Made by a program: the position numbers and the translations under genes | The notes under the pieces: generated by a model | The model's database searches: none | The model's input: the letters and a program-made list of their open reading frames with translations, nothing else | What the model was told of the DNA's origin: nothing | Shown: piece after piece, positions 50,048 through 58,839 of the stretch | Numbering within the stretch: the first letter of the stretch is position 1 | Layout of the letters: each line of letters begins with the position of its first letter | From: Elusimicrobiota bacterium | GTDB taxonomy: Bacteria > Elusimicrobiota > Endomicrobiia > Endomicrobiales > JBDRNC01 | Direction of reading: 5' to 3' | Assembly (NCBI GenBank): GCA_043811535.1 | Contig: JBDRNC010000018.1 | Span: forward strand, 1-64,000 | Length of the DNA stretch: 64,000 nucleotides

Positions 50048-50563
50048 TCACCAGGCGTAGCCGATATTTACCCTCACGCCGCCCCACGTAAAACCGGATA
50101 ATGCCAGCGTATCGTAGCCTATCGTCAGCGAACCCGAGAAATAGCTAAACCCCGTGACAATATCCAGAGCAAAGCCGCCGTCCCATATCCACCTGTGCCC
50201 GACGTTATAATTCACTACAACCGCCGTAACGCCCGTGCTTGCGTCCCCGAGCTTCGCGTTGATAGACACGATTTTTGCCTCAGGCCCCCAGAATACGCCT
50301 TTAAGGGCGTTTTCACGGAAAAATCTGTAGGCAATGCCAGCGCCGACAGCGTCTAGTTTCCAATTACTCAGGGTCCTGTTCCAGAATACGCCTTCAAGCG
50401 ACAAAGATCTATCCCTGTCAACGGCCCACTCGTAGTTGATCGTGGAAGCTCCCCCGATCACGCCGAACGCGTCCATACGCACCAAATGACTTTCAGCCGA
50501 AAAACCAAGACATGGAACCATAACAACCGCCAATACAAAGAACAACAAACGCTTTACCATCAT
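50048..50563 (-). CDS. Small outer-membrane beta-barrel (DUF3575-like)
   Basis: Signal peptide, INYE, YRFF...LKGVFWGP, GHRWIW..GFALD, terminal NIGYAW. Confidence 0.7.
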   Translation of the reverse strand: MMVKRLLFFVLAVVMVPCLGFSAESHLVRMDAFGVIGGASTINYEWAVDRDRSLSLEGVFWNRTLSNWKLDAVGAGIAYRFFRENALKGVFWGPEAKIVSINAKLGDASTGVTAVVVNYNVGHRWIWDGGFALDIVTGFSYFSGSLTIGYDTLALSGFTWGGVRVNIGYAW

Positions 50564-50825
50564 ATCCCCCATTTACGCGTTTTAGCCCGATCACGCGCTT
50601 ATTTTTTGGCGGCCGGGCACCGCCTTCCCTCACTCATCCGCCTGCGCTTAACATGTCATCGACAGACATAACTATTCGCTGTATCGACCCGCCGCGGCGG
50701 GCAGCTTCGGCGGATTACCCATTTATCCGCCAACCGGGGTTGGCGGTTTATATAAAGGTGGGCAAAATAAAAAACCAACCACTCCCCCCTTAAGAGATTG
50801 GTCTATACGTCTAGTCTATGCTTTT

Positions 50826-50854
50826 AGTCTATTAAAATATTTTCAGCTTGTCAA
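50826..50854 (-). promoter_or_regulatory. Sigma70-type promoter with long leader
   Basis: Minus strand TTGACA-17 bp-TAGACT, about 260 nt upstream of the 50563 start. Confidence 0.7.
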
Positions 50855-50888
50855 ATTGAGACCATTAAAAAAAGACTTCAATGGTCTC

Positions 50889-51025
50889 GATTACACGGAT
50901 TATTAACAAAGATTTCACAGATTACGAAAAGAGATTCCACAGATTATTAAAAAAGATTTCACAGATAAAAAACAAAGATTACACGGATATGAAATCTGTG
51001 CAATCATTTGAGAATCGGTGTAATC
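50889..51025. repeat. 22-bp-period array of GATTWCACRGAT (5 direct + 2 inverted copies)
   Basis: Direct copies at 50889, 50911, 50933, 50955 and 50977; inverted at 50994 and 51014. Confidence 0.9.
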
Positions 51026-51053
51026 AGAGACCGCTGGGCCTTTCTCAGCGGTC

Positions 51054-51425
51054 TCAACCGAGAGCTTCCTTTATTTTCTTCAGGACCCTTTCCGCCGTTA
51101 TCGGTTTCGTGATATAACTCTCGCATCCCAAATCGTTCGCCTTTTCTATATCGGCAAAGGAATTCTCTTCCGTGCACATTATTACGGGGATCTGGGAGGT
51201 CTTGGGAGAGGACTTTAACGCCGTCAATGCCTGCCAGCCGTCCATTTGAGGCATGTTGATGTCCATGATCACAAGGTCGGGACTGATATTGTCAATTTTC
51301 TGCAGGGCCTCTATGCCGTTGAAAGCGCTCTCGAATTTATAGCCATGGCCTTCCAGCACGTGCCTCATGAGCTCGCATACGGCGCGTTCGTCTTCCACCA
51401 GCAGTATCTTCTTTTTGCTTTTCAT
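51054..51425 (-). CDS. Single-domain response regulator (CheY-like)
   Basis: ILLVEDE, DLVIMDINMPQMDG, IPVIMCT, YITKP. Confidence 0.93.
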   Translation of the reverse strand: MKSKKKILLVEDERAVCELMRHVLEGHGYKFESAFNGIEALQKIDNISPDLVIMDINMPQMDGWQALTALKSSPKTSQIPVIMCTEENSFADIEKANDLGCESYITKPITAERVLKKIKEALG

Positions 51426-51458
51426 ATGGTTCCTTGTCTTCACTTTAAACGTTAAACC

Positions 51459-53258
51459 TTAAACTTTGTCTGACAACGGAAGCGTGAATATGAACGAACT
51501 TCCCTTGTTCAGCTCGCTTTCCACCCTGATGGATCCTCCGTGGGACTCAACGGCCATCTTGCAGAACGTAAGGCCGAGGCCCGAGCCGGTCCTCAACTGC
51601 GATTTTCTGCGTTCAAGCTGGATGAATTTTTCGAATATCTTTTCCTTGTACTCATCCGGTATGCCCGCGCCGTTGTCCGAAACGCTTATTTCAACAAAGC
51701 CGCCGTCTTTTTTCGCCCTGACCTCTATTTTCCCGCCGGATGTCGTGTGATGGAGGGCGTTGGATATGAGGTTATTCAGCACACGCTCAATAATGTGCCT
51801 GTCCATTTCAACCCGCGGCAGTTCTTTCTCCGCGTCTACCGTAAGCGTTTTCGATTCATTGACCGCAAGATGGCCGAATTCGGCCGCGCGTTCCCGGAGT
51901 AGTTCCGCGACGTCCACTTCATCTTTCTTTAACTGCAGCTTGCTCTCCTCCATTTTCGCCACGTCAAGCAGGTTTTGTATCATCACGAGCATGTTCTCGC
52001 TTGATTTCTTGGCCAGCGATATTATCTTTTTCTGGCCGTCGTTGAACTCGCCCGTCATCCCCGTCTCAAGGTAGTCCAGGCTCCCCATCATACCGCTGAG
52101 CGGGCTCTTGAGGTCGTGTACTATCATCCTTATCAGGTCCTGCCGCATCTGTTCAAGCTCCTTCAGCGCGGATGCCATTGCTTCGAAATTCCTTGCCAGC
52201 TCTTCTATCTCATCGCCCGTCTTGACGTCAAGCTTGATGTCCAGCTTCCCTTCGCTTATCTGTTTCGCCCCCGACTGCAGTATCTCTATCGGGCCCAGTA
52301 TCATTTTCCTGACAAACCTGAAACCAAGATAAAGGAACAGCACCGTCCACAAAAGCGTCCAGACAAAAGCGTTCTGGCTCATCCTGGTTACCGGCCTGTA
52401 GACCTCTTTTGACGGTATCTGCGTCACGACCGCCCAGCCGAGCCTGGGAAGCGCCTGGAACATTGAAACAACGGCTTCGCCCTTTTCATCGCGGTAGCTC
52501 TTCCATGTCTTTGAAGATATTGTTTTCCCGTCGAGAAAATCCCTGACTATAGGAAGGTTGCTGAAATTTGAATGCGCAAGCACGCGCTCTATGTCCCTGT
52601 GGGCTATAAGGTTCCCGCGCGCGTCAACCACAAAGGCGTGCCCGCTGTCGCTTATCTTGACCTCGGAAATCCACTGCCATAACTTGTCAAGCTCGAGCTT
52701 TGCTACGATAGCCCCTTTGCGCCCCGAGGCCGGAATTGAAATAAAAATGAACGGAAGCCGCTGCCCGGAATAATTTACTTCACTGATGTAATTCCTGCCC
52801 GCGGAGGCTTCAATGAACTCTTTTCTTTTGGACCTGTTTATCGGGCCCCTGGCGACGCCGTCGCGCCTGTATTTGAATATTTCCTGCCCCCTGGAATCCA
52901 GGTAAGCAATCTCTGAAAAAGAAGCGCCGCGCTCCAGGATAGCGCTTGCAACCTTTGCCTGTTCGCTTCTCGGGAATTCGGCGATATCCCTGTTGAACAG
53001 CAGCAAGTCCTGGTGCCTGGCCACCTGAAGGTCTACTTTCTCCGCCACCTTGCTGATTATCTCCCGCTGCTGCGAGAATATGGAGTTCTTTATCGCGTTC
53101 CTGCTTATAGACGTCAGCACGATATTAAGAAGCATCGCGGGCAGCACGATAGCCAGCACGAACAAAAGATTTATCTTGTAGTTCAGCGGAAGTTTCCTGA
53201 ACCGCTCTGATAGTGATTTCAATCCGCCAGCGATCATTTTCTCATTTAATATTTTCAC
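51459..53258 (-). CDS. Cache/HAMP sensor histidine kinase
   Basis: AFVVDARGNLIAH (Cache), DEIEELARNF (HAMP), VHDLKSPL, NLISNA, DNGAGI, GSGLGL. Confidence 0.95.
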   Translation of the reverse strand: MKILNEKMIAGGLKSLSERFRKLPLNYKINLLFVLAIVLPAMLLNIVLTSISRNAIKNSIFSQQREIISKVAEKVDLQVARHQDLLLFNRDIAEFPRSEQAKVASAILERGASFSEIAYLDSRGQEIFKYRRDGVARGPINRSKRKEFIEASAGRNYISEVNYSGQRLPFIFISIPASGRKGAIVAKLELDKLWQWISEVKISDSGHAFVVDARGNLIAHRDIERVLAHSNFSNLPIVRDFLDGKTISSKTWKSYRDEKGEAVVSMFQALPRLGWAVVTQIPSKEVYRPVTRMSQNAFVWTLLWTVLFLYLGFRFVRKMILGPIEILQSGAKQISEGKLDIKLDVKTGDEIEELARNFEAMASALKELEQMRQDLIRMIVHDLKSPLSGMMGSLDYLETGMTGEFNDGQKKIISLAKKSSENMLVMIQNLLDVAKMEESKLQLKKDEVDVAELLRERAAEFGHLAVNESKTLTVDAEKELPRVEMDRHIIERVLNNLISNALHHTTSGGKIEVRAKKDGGFVEISVSDNGAGIPDEYKEKIFEKFIQLERRKSQLRTGSGLGLTFCKMAVESHGGSIRVESELNKGSSFIFTLPLSDKV

Positions 53259-53289
53259 TTATACTTCCCCCTGATATCAATTCCGCTAT

Positions 53290-53355
53290 TTAAACTCGAA
53301 ATCCGAAGCTCTAAATCCGAAATAAACTCTAAAACACAAACCACAAAAAACAAAA
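53290..53355. repeat. Lone period-7 arm (AAATCCG/AAACTCT family)
   Basis: taaactc gaaatcc gaagctc taaatcc gaaataa ... aacacaa accacaa. Confidence 0.7.
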
Positions 53356-53421
53356 AGCGCTCCTAGGGGTTCAGGAACGCTTCAGGGAATTTAACTGAGC
53401 CGCAAAACATAAGCCCATCCA

Positions 53422-54822
53422 TTATTTTTTCTTTTTTTCCTGTTTCTCATGGATAGCGTACAGCTCGGGCAGGTGCATCCGGACGTTGTCCCACATTTCC
53501 TCATCGGAAACGACATTGACCCTGCCGCCCGCGAATTGCGCGTCTATCCACTCTTTTATTTTCGCTATGCCCGGATGCGATTTATCCACTTTCTTGTTTT
53601 TCGGCAATCTCAGCTCCGTGTTTATCCAGAACGCGATTCCCGCAAGGCCCGAGACATCGGTTATGCTGACCTCGGGCGGGCGGTTCAGTATGCCCTGCGT
53701 GTCAAACACGTTATATATCTCTTCGTCCTTAAGCAGGCCGTCGGCGTGGATGCCGGCCCTGGTCATATTGAAATGCAGCCCGACGAACGGCTGCATGAAA
53801 GGTATCTTGTACCCTATATTATCTTCAAAATACCTGGCGATCTCGGTTATGACAGAAAGGTCCATCCCGTCGCTCGTGCCGCGCAGCGATGTATATTCTA
53901 TGCAAAGCGCCTCTATCGGCGTGTTGCCCGTGCGCTCGCCTATTCCCAGAAGCGTGCCGTTGACACCGCCGCACCCGTACAGCCACGCGAACGTAGCGTT
54001 GGTCAGACTTCTGTAAAAATCATTGTGGCCGTGCCATTCAAGCCATTCCGAAGGAACGCCGGCCAGCTGCGTCAGTCCGTACATTATGCCGTTCACGTTC
54101 CTCGGCAAAGCCGCCCCGGGATACGCAACGCCGAAACCGAGCGTGTCGCACGCCCTTATTTTAATGGGTATCTTTGTTTCCTGCGAAAGTTTCATCAATT
54201 CAAGCGCGAACGGGATCACAAAACCGTAGAAATCGGCGCGCGTGATGTCCTCAAAATGACATCTTGGAATTATCCCTTCGCTTAGCGCGTCTTTGACGAT
54301 ACCAAGGTATCCCTCAAGCGCCTGCTTGCGCGTTTTTTTCAGTTTCAGGAAAATATGGTAATCGGAGGCCGACGTCAGTATCCCCGTTTCCTTCAGCCCC
54401 ATATCCTTCACGAGCTTGAAGTCCTCTTTTTTCGCCCTTATCCACGAGGTTATCTCAGGGAACTTGTGGCCTTTCTCCTGACACTTGCGCACGGAGGCCC
54501 TGTCTTTTTCCGAATACAGGAAAAACTCGCACTGCCTGATTATGCCTTTCGGTCCTCCGAGCCGGTGCATGAACTCGTACAGGTCCGCTATCTGCTCAAC
54601 GGAAAAAGGCGCGAGCGCCTGCTGGCCGTCGCGGAAAGTGGTGTCCGTTATCCATATCTCTTCCGGCGGGTTCATCGGAACCACGCGGTTGTTGAACGGT
54701 ATCTTTGGGACTTCCTTATACGGAAAGATATCGCGGTAGAGCTCCGGGTTTTTCGCGTCGTGGAGCTCGTATTTGTATTCTTCAGGTTCCAGCAGTTTTC
54801 TTTGCTTGTTGAATTTGAGCAT
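53422..54822 (-). CDS. Re-citrate synthase (DRE-TIM metallolyase)
   Basis: ITDTTFRDGQQ, EFFLY, RCHFEDITRADFYGFV, IRACDTLG, EWHGHNDFY, TRAGIHADG.LKDEEIYN match my recollection of the clostridial Re-citrate synthase; no LeuA regulatory domain. Confidence 0.85.
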   Translation of the reverse strand: MLKFNKQRKLLEPEEYKYELHDAKNPELYRDIFPYKEVPKIPFNNRVVPMNPPEEIWITDTTFRDGQQALAPFSVEQIADLYEFMHRLGGPKGIIRQCEFFLYSEKDRASVRKCQEKGHKFPEITSWIRAKKEDFKLVKDMGLKETGILTSASDYHIFLKLKKTRKQALEGYLGIVKDALSEGIIPRCHFEDITRADFYGFVIPFALELMKLSQETKIPIKIRACDTLGFGVAYPGAALPRNVNGIMYGLTQLAGVPSEWLEWHGHNDFYRSLTNATFAWLYGCGGVNGTLLGIGERTGNTPIEALCIEYTSLRGTSDGMDLSVITEIARYFEDNIGYKIPFMQPFVGLHFNMTRAGIHADGLLKDEEIYNVFDTQGILNRPPEVSITDVSGLAGIAFWINTELRLPKNKKVDKSHPGIAKIKEWIDAQFAGGRVNVVSDEEMWDNVRMHLPELYAIHEKQEKKKK

Positions 54823-54889
54823 TTAACCTCTTAACTTCCAGCAATTAGCGATTAGCCCGCCGCGGCGGGGCAATTAGTTTGCTGTTCCG

Positions 54890-54918
54890 ATTATACTATT
54901 TTCGTTGCGGTAAATCAA
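54890..54918 (-). promoter_or_regulatory. Sigma70-type promoter of the Re-citrate synthase gene
   Basis: Minus strand TTGATT-17 bp-TATAAT. Confidence 0.65.
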
Positions 54919-54985
54919 TAAATTATGAAGCTTTCGCGGATTTGATTTTATTATATTCTTAATCTTTTCTTCGGAATCCGCCAAA

Positions 54986-57574
54986 CTACGCCGAAAAAAC
55001 AATATGATTGTTTATTCTCTTAAAATTCAGCCCTTTTTGCTCTTTGGAATCCTTTAACTCAACAACTTCAACAACCTTATCTCCGGCCGGCAGGGTAATA
55101 TTCGCGGGGCGCCTCGGCCCGATGAAGTTGAATACCGTCCTTGAGCCCTTTTCGTGAAAGAACAGGTCGCCCGGCGCGTCAGTCTTGATAGTCTGGTTCC
55201 TGTAGCGCACGAGCGGCGCCGTAAAAATCCCTTTCTCATCGTTTATGCCCTTTATCAGCGCCGAACTGATATTCCCGTCCTTGAAACCCACAACTGCCGA
55301 AGAATAGCCGGTCAGCATTATCTCAAAGACTTCCTCGCCGCCCTCCGAATTCCGAAACGATACGTTATACGCCTTGTTGTTCCTGTTCCGGCTGAAAACG
55401 TAGACATACTGCTTTCCGGCCTTGTCATTCCTGTGCTCGTACACCTCTATCTCGCCCCTGTTCTGTTTAGTCCCATGCATGCCGGCGCGGACATTGCCGT
55501 ATCTCTCCATAGCGAAAAGCAGGAAATCCGCGTTCCTTTCCCATTTATCCAGGTCCCACGGATTGAAGCCCGCGTATATCACCTGCCCCTTCCCGAGCTT
55601 GTTTATATAAGCGCAGTTATGTTTCCGCCCGTCTATCTCCACTACGGCGACAGGCTCCGCGCCTTTCCCGTTTTCAAAACAGAACACGGGGTGCTCGCTG
55701 ATCGCGGTGAACCCCGTTAGAGAGAACGAAGGCTTCGCTGATGCAGATGGAAGCTTTACATCACCATTTGACGGTATGGTTTCAAACCGCCGGTTAGAGT
55801 CAACGACCTTCTCTAACGGGGTGAATTCGTCGTTTCCGAAGGATATCAGGCAGGTACCTTCATCGCGGATGACCTTTGTCTTCACCGGGAACAGCCCGGC
55901 GGCGTCTTTCGCGTTATCCTGCCAGAGCTCGTTCATGCGCGGTATCGCGCCACTCCACAAGAGCGTCCCGCCGGCTTTGACGAACTCCGTAAGCTTTGAA
56001 AGCGTGTTTGAATCCATCCAGTCGCATCCCGCTATGCAGAGCATCTTGTATTTCTTAAGTTCCGCCGCGGGAACTTCCTGGATATAAACGGCATCGTTCT
56101 CTATCGTATTGTACGCCATCATGCGCTGAAAAGTATCCAGCCCGTCATATACGCTTTTCGGCTCGTCGGAAAGCCCCAGTTCAAGCCACTTGGATTTCGG
56201 CTGAAGCCAGCTTGCCGCCCTGCAGTAAGGGGAGTATATCGCCCACGCGACTTCCGCGTCCCTCTTGGAGGAGACCAAATCCGCCCCCTCGCGTTTCATG
56301 AACGCGCTCATCTGGTGCAAGGTGTGGAACTGGTCGCGGAAAGCGCCGTTTTCCGATACCGGCGAATGCTCCGGATACGGCGGCTTGTGCCACAGGTCCA
56401 GGTGGTCGTCCCAGCTATCCGTTGAAACGGCGGTATAAACGTTAAATCCCGCTGAGCCCAGAGCCATGTAGTACATCGTCTGGTAAAAACTCGGCTGGAC
56501 GAACCTGTATAGCGGGTTGTATATCTTTGAGAAGCCCCAGTTCTCTTCCATGCAGACGCCGCGCGATAAACTGGCCACGATCCTGTACTTTCTCGCCGGT
56601 TCCTCGTTCTCGGCTATAGGTCCGGCCCAGTCGGTGTAGCCCCAGCACACAAGGTCCTTCAGCGCGTGCGGGTTGTTCCTCACGGCATAAATCTCGGCGT
56701 CCTGCTTGTCGCCGCAAAGGTTGAGGTTTATGAAAACCGGCAGGTCCTTTATCGCGCCGCCGAGCAGCTCCAGGTACTTGCGGATGACCCCGCTGAAAAG
56801 GAATGAAGAGTATTCGGCCCAGTCAAGGTACAGATGCAGGTGGTCAAGCGCCCCGGCCCTGAACTCCCTCGGCGCGTAAACATCCTCAAACAACTTCAAA
56901 TTTGTCTTGTAAATCCCGTTCAGCTTCGCGATTGTCTTATATTTCCGCTTCAGGAACTCGCGGAAAAAATTTATCCCGCTGGGCGAATAGTCGTAATCCG
57001 TGACCTTCGCGGCGGCGTTGGTGTAGAAACCCTCGTTCAGTATCTGGAGCCCGACTATGGGGCCCTTCGGGTGCGTCTTTCCCTTTATCACGCGCGCGGA
57101 AACCGCGTCAAACCATTCGCTCAAACGCTCCAGATAACGCTCCCCGAGATACGCCGGCAGCGGGTTGCTCCATTTAAGCGCTTCCCCCCTGCTCGTGGTA
57201 AGCGGCTCAATCCCGTGGTCGGGAATGGCGCTGACGTAATCTGGCAGGCCGCCGAAGTTGGTCTCGGCATGGATGAGCGGACCCGGCTTTACGATAACCT
57301 TCATATTCTTTTCGTGTATCAATTTCAGGAAATACAGCACATCGGTATTGGGCCGCCTTATGCCGGTGAAATCAAACTCCCCGCGCCTGGTTGAATGATG
57401 GCGCCACGGGATATAGCAGGTCACCGTGTCAACGCCCATTTTCTTTATATTGTCCAGCTGGCCGGACCAGTCATTCCTGTCATCCCTGTAATACGGATAA
57501 TCCGCGGTCACAAGGACCTGCGGCTTGCCGTCAATGTAAAACACCCCTTCACGCGTTTCAACGGATTTTTTCAA
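54986..57574 (-). CDS. Cytoplasmic GH35/GH42-like glycosidase (beta-galactosidase or GlmA-like)
   Basis: YYR...W...L..IKKMGVDTV.CYIPW.HH, KPGPLIHAE..FGGLP, QILNE, MEENWG, FVKAGGTL; no signal peptide. Confidence 0.8.
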   Translation of the reverse strand: MKKSVETREGVFYIDGKPQVLVTADYPYYRDDRNDWSGQLDNIKKMGVDTVTCYIPWRHHSTRRGEFDFTGIRRPNTDVLYFLKLIHEKNMKVIVKPGPLIHAETNFGGLPDYVSAIPDHGIEPLTTSRGEALKWSNPLPAYLGERYLERLSEWFDAVSARVIKGKTHPKGPIVGLQILNEGFYTNAAAKVTDYDYSPSGINFFREFLKRKYKTIAKLNGIYKTNLKLFEDVYAPREFRAGALDHLHLYLDWAEYSSFLFSGVIRKYLELLGGAIKDLPVFINLNLCGDKQDAEIYAVRNNPHALKDLVCWGYTDWAGPIAENEEPARKYRIVASLSRGVCMEENWGFSKIYNPLYRFVQPSFYQTMYYMALGSAGFNVYTAVSTDSWDDHLDLWHKPPYPEHSPVSENGAFRDQFHTLHQMSAFMKREGADLVSSKRDAEVAWAIYSPYCRAASWLQPKSKWLELGLSDEPKSVYDGLDTFQRMMAYNTIENDAVYIQEVPAAELKKYKMLCIAGCDWMDSNTLSKLTEFVKAGGTLLWSGAIPRMNELWQDNAKDAAGLFPVKTKVIRDEGTCLISFGNDEFTPLEKVVDSNRRFETIPSNGDVKLPSASAKPSFSLTGFTAISEHPVFCFENGKGAEPVAVVEIDGRKHNCAYINKLGKGQVIYAGFNPWDLDKWERNADFLLFAMERYGNVRAGMHGTKQNRGEIEVYEHRNDKAGKQYVYVFSRNRNNKAYNVSFRNSEGGEEVFEIMLTGYSSAVVGFKDGNISSALIKGINDEKGIFTAPLVRYRNQTIKTDAPGDLFFHEKGSRTVFNFIGPRRPANITLPAGDKVVEVVELKDSKEQKGLNFKRINNHIVFSA

Positions 57575-57631
57575 TTTATTCCTCCTGAAAATGAAAATAT
57601 CCAGCTAACAAATCAGCCGGATATTGTGTAA

Positions 57632-57660
57632 ATTGTATCACAAAATAACCCGAAAATCAA
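57632..57660 (-). promoter_or_regulatory. Sigma70-type promoter of the GH35-like gene
   Basis: Minus strand TTGATT-17 bp-TACAAT with TGn. Confidence 0.65.
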
Positions 57661-57870
57661 CGCGCATTTTCGGCGGATTTATGTTACCCGTAACCGTTTA
57701 CCCGTTCCATCTACCGTAAAGGGCGCTTCGCAGCGCGGTGGAACCGGTTATTTGATGCGGCGAAGGGCTTTTCTGGCGCGTTCACTTGAAGCTCAAAGAA
57801 AAATTTATTAGGTTAATGCTGCCAAAGTCTAATAATAAAAAAAGCATAATTCGCAGCCACGTCGGATATT

Positions 57871-58797
57871 TTAGAACTGAAATCCGAGACTCAATCGGTG
57901 GGAACCCGAACTGCCTTCAACATAGAAAGGAAATGAGAATGAATAATGCGTATTGATCGAGAAATTGGAATACGCGAGATTGTAAACATAGGAAAGGCCG
58001 AGTGAGAATTCATTCTTGTTTGCGCCAATCCTGCCGGCAAGCGTGTAATCGTTGAACCACATTTCTCCGCCTAGATATACGTTATATACCTTGTTTCTCA
58101 AGCCCATGTCGCAGGATAAAAGAAGTTCTTCGGCCGGTTTGACCATCTTAAAGCTTCCCGCCGTACCAATCCTCATTTCCATGGGAACCTTATCGGTCGC
58201 TTGGTATCCGACATCGGGTTGATTTATGTCTTTTACCATCAAACCTGAATAAATGCTTTTGTTCCATTGTCTCAGAACGCCCAGATCGGCGGAAAAAGCC
58301 GTCCTGGATGTGCCGTTTGCGAACACGTCGTCATCAATGGTCCTCTCATCCAGAACGACCGAACGCCCGAGATACTTCATATTCAATCCGGCGTTCAGTA
58401 TGTCGAATTTATATGCGTAAGATATCATCGCGATGTTCTCGGTATAGAGGTCCCGCGTATTAAAATGAGTCCACGTGGCGGCGATGGAACCGGCTTTCTT
58501 CAGAGGCATCGCGTATGAAGCGTAGCCCGTGTACATGTTCACGCCGTCCAGATCCAGGTAGGGTTTTGAATAGGTAAACATCACGGAACGTTTATTGATG
58601 TTTGCCATTCCGGCCGGGTTATACCAGACGGAATTTATGTCACCCGCGACAGCCGTGAAAGCGCCGCCCATGCCTATAGGACGGGCCAGCATGCCGGGGT
58701 CATTGAATGCTGCAGATAGCGGATAGTGTAAAGCAGGCAGCAAAACCGCCATTAACAAAATCAACTTTGTAGCTAAATGACTTGTATTTTTTTTCAT
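57871..58797 (-). CDS. PorV/PorP-like outer-membrane beta-barrel
   Basis: Signal peptide, ARPIGMGGAFTAVAGDINSVWYNPAG, DINQP, terminal SHRLSLGFQF. Confidence 0.82.
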   Translation of the reverse strand: MKKNTSHLATKLILLMAVLLPALHYPLSAAFNDPGMLARPIGMGGAFTAVAGDINSVWYNPAGMANINKRSVMFTYSKPYLDLDGVNMYTGYASYAMPLKKAGSIAATWTHFNTRDLYTENIAMISYAYKFDILNAGLNMKYLGRSVVLDERTIDDDVFANGTSRTAFSADLGVLRQWNKSIYSGLMVKDINQPDVGYQATDKVPMEMRIGTAGSFKMVKPAEELLLSCDMGLRNKVYNVYLGGEMWFNDYTLAGRIGANKNEFSLGLSYVYNLAYSNFSINTHYSFSFPFYVEGSSGSHRLSLGFQF

Positions 58798-58838
58798 TTT
58801 GTGTTTCCTATACGCTCTACGCCAAACGTTATACGTTA
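58712..58838. repeat. Period-7 inverted repeat (GCGTATA / TATACGC family) spanning the start codon
   Basis: gcagata gcggata gtgtaaa (58712-58732, signal peptide) against tatacgc tctacgc caaacgt tatacgt (58809-58836). Confidence 0.7.
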
Positions 58839-58839
58839 T

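Noticed and set aside
50889..51025. CRISPR array
   Set aside because: 12-bp repeats with 10-bp A-rich spacers are too short, and no cas operon is present.
50881..51117. 78-aa ORF
   Set aside because: It is a translation of the repeat array and overlaps the response regulator on the opposite strand.
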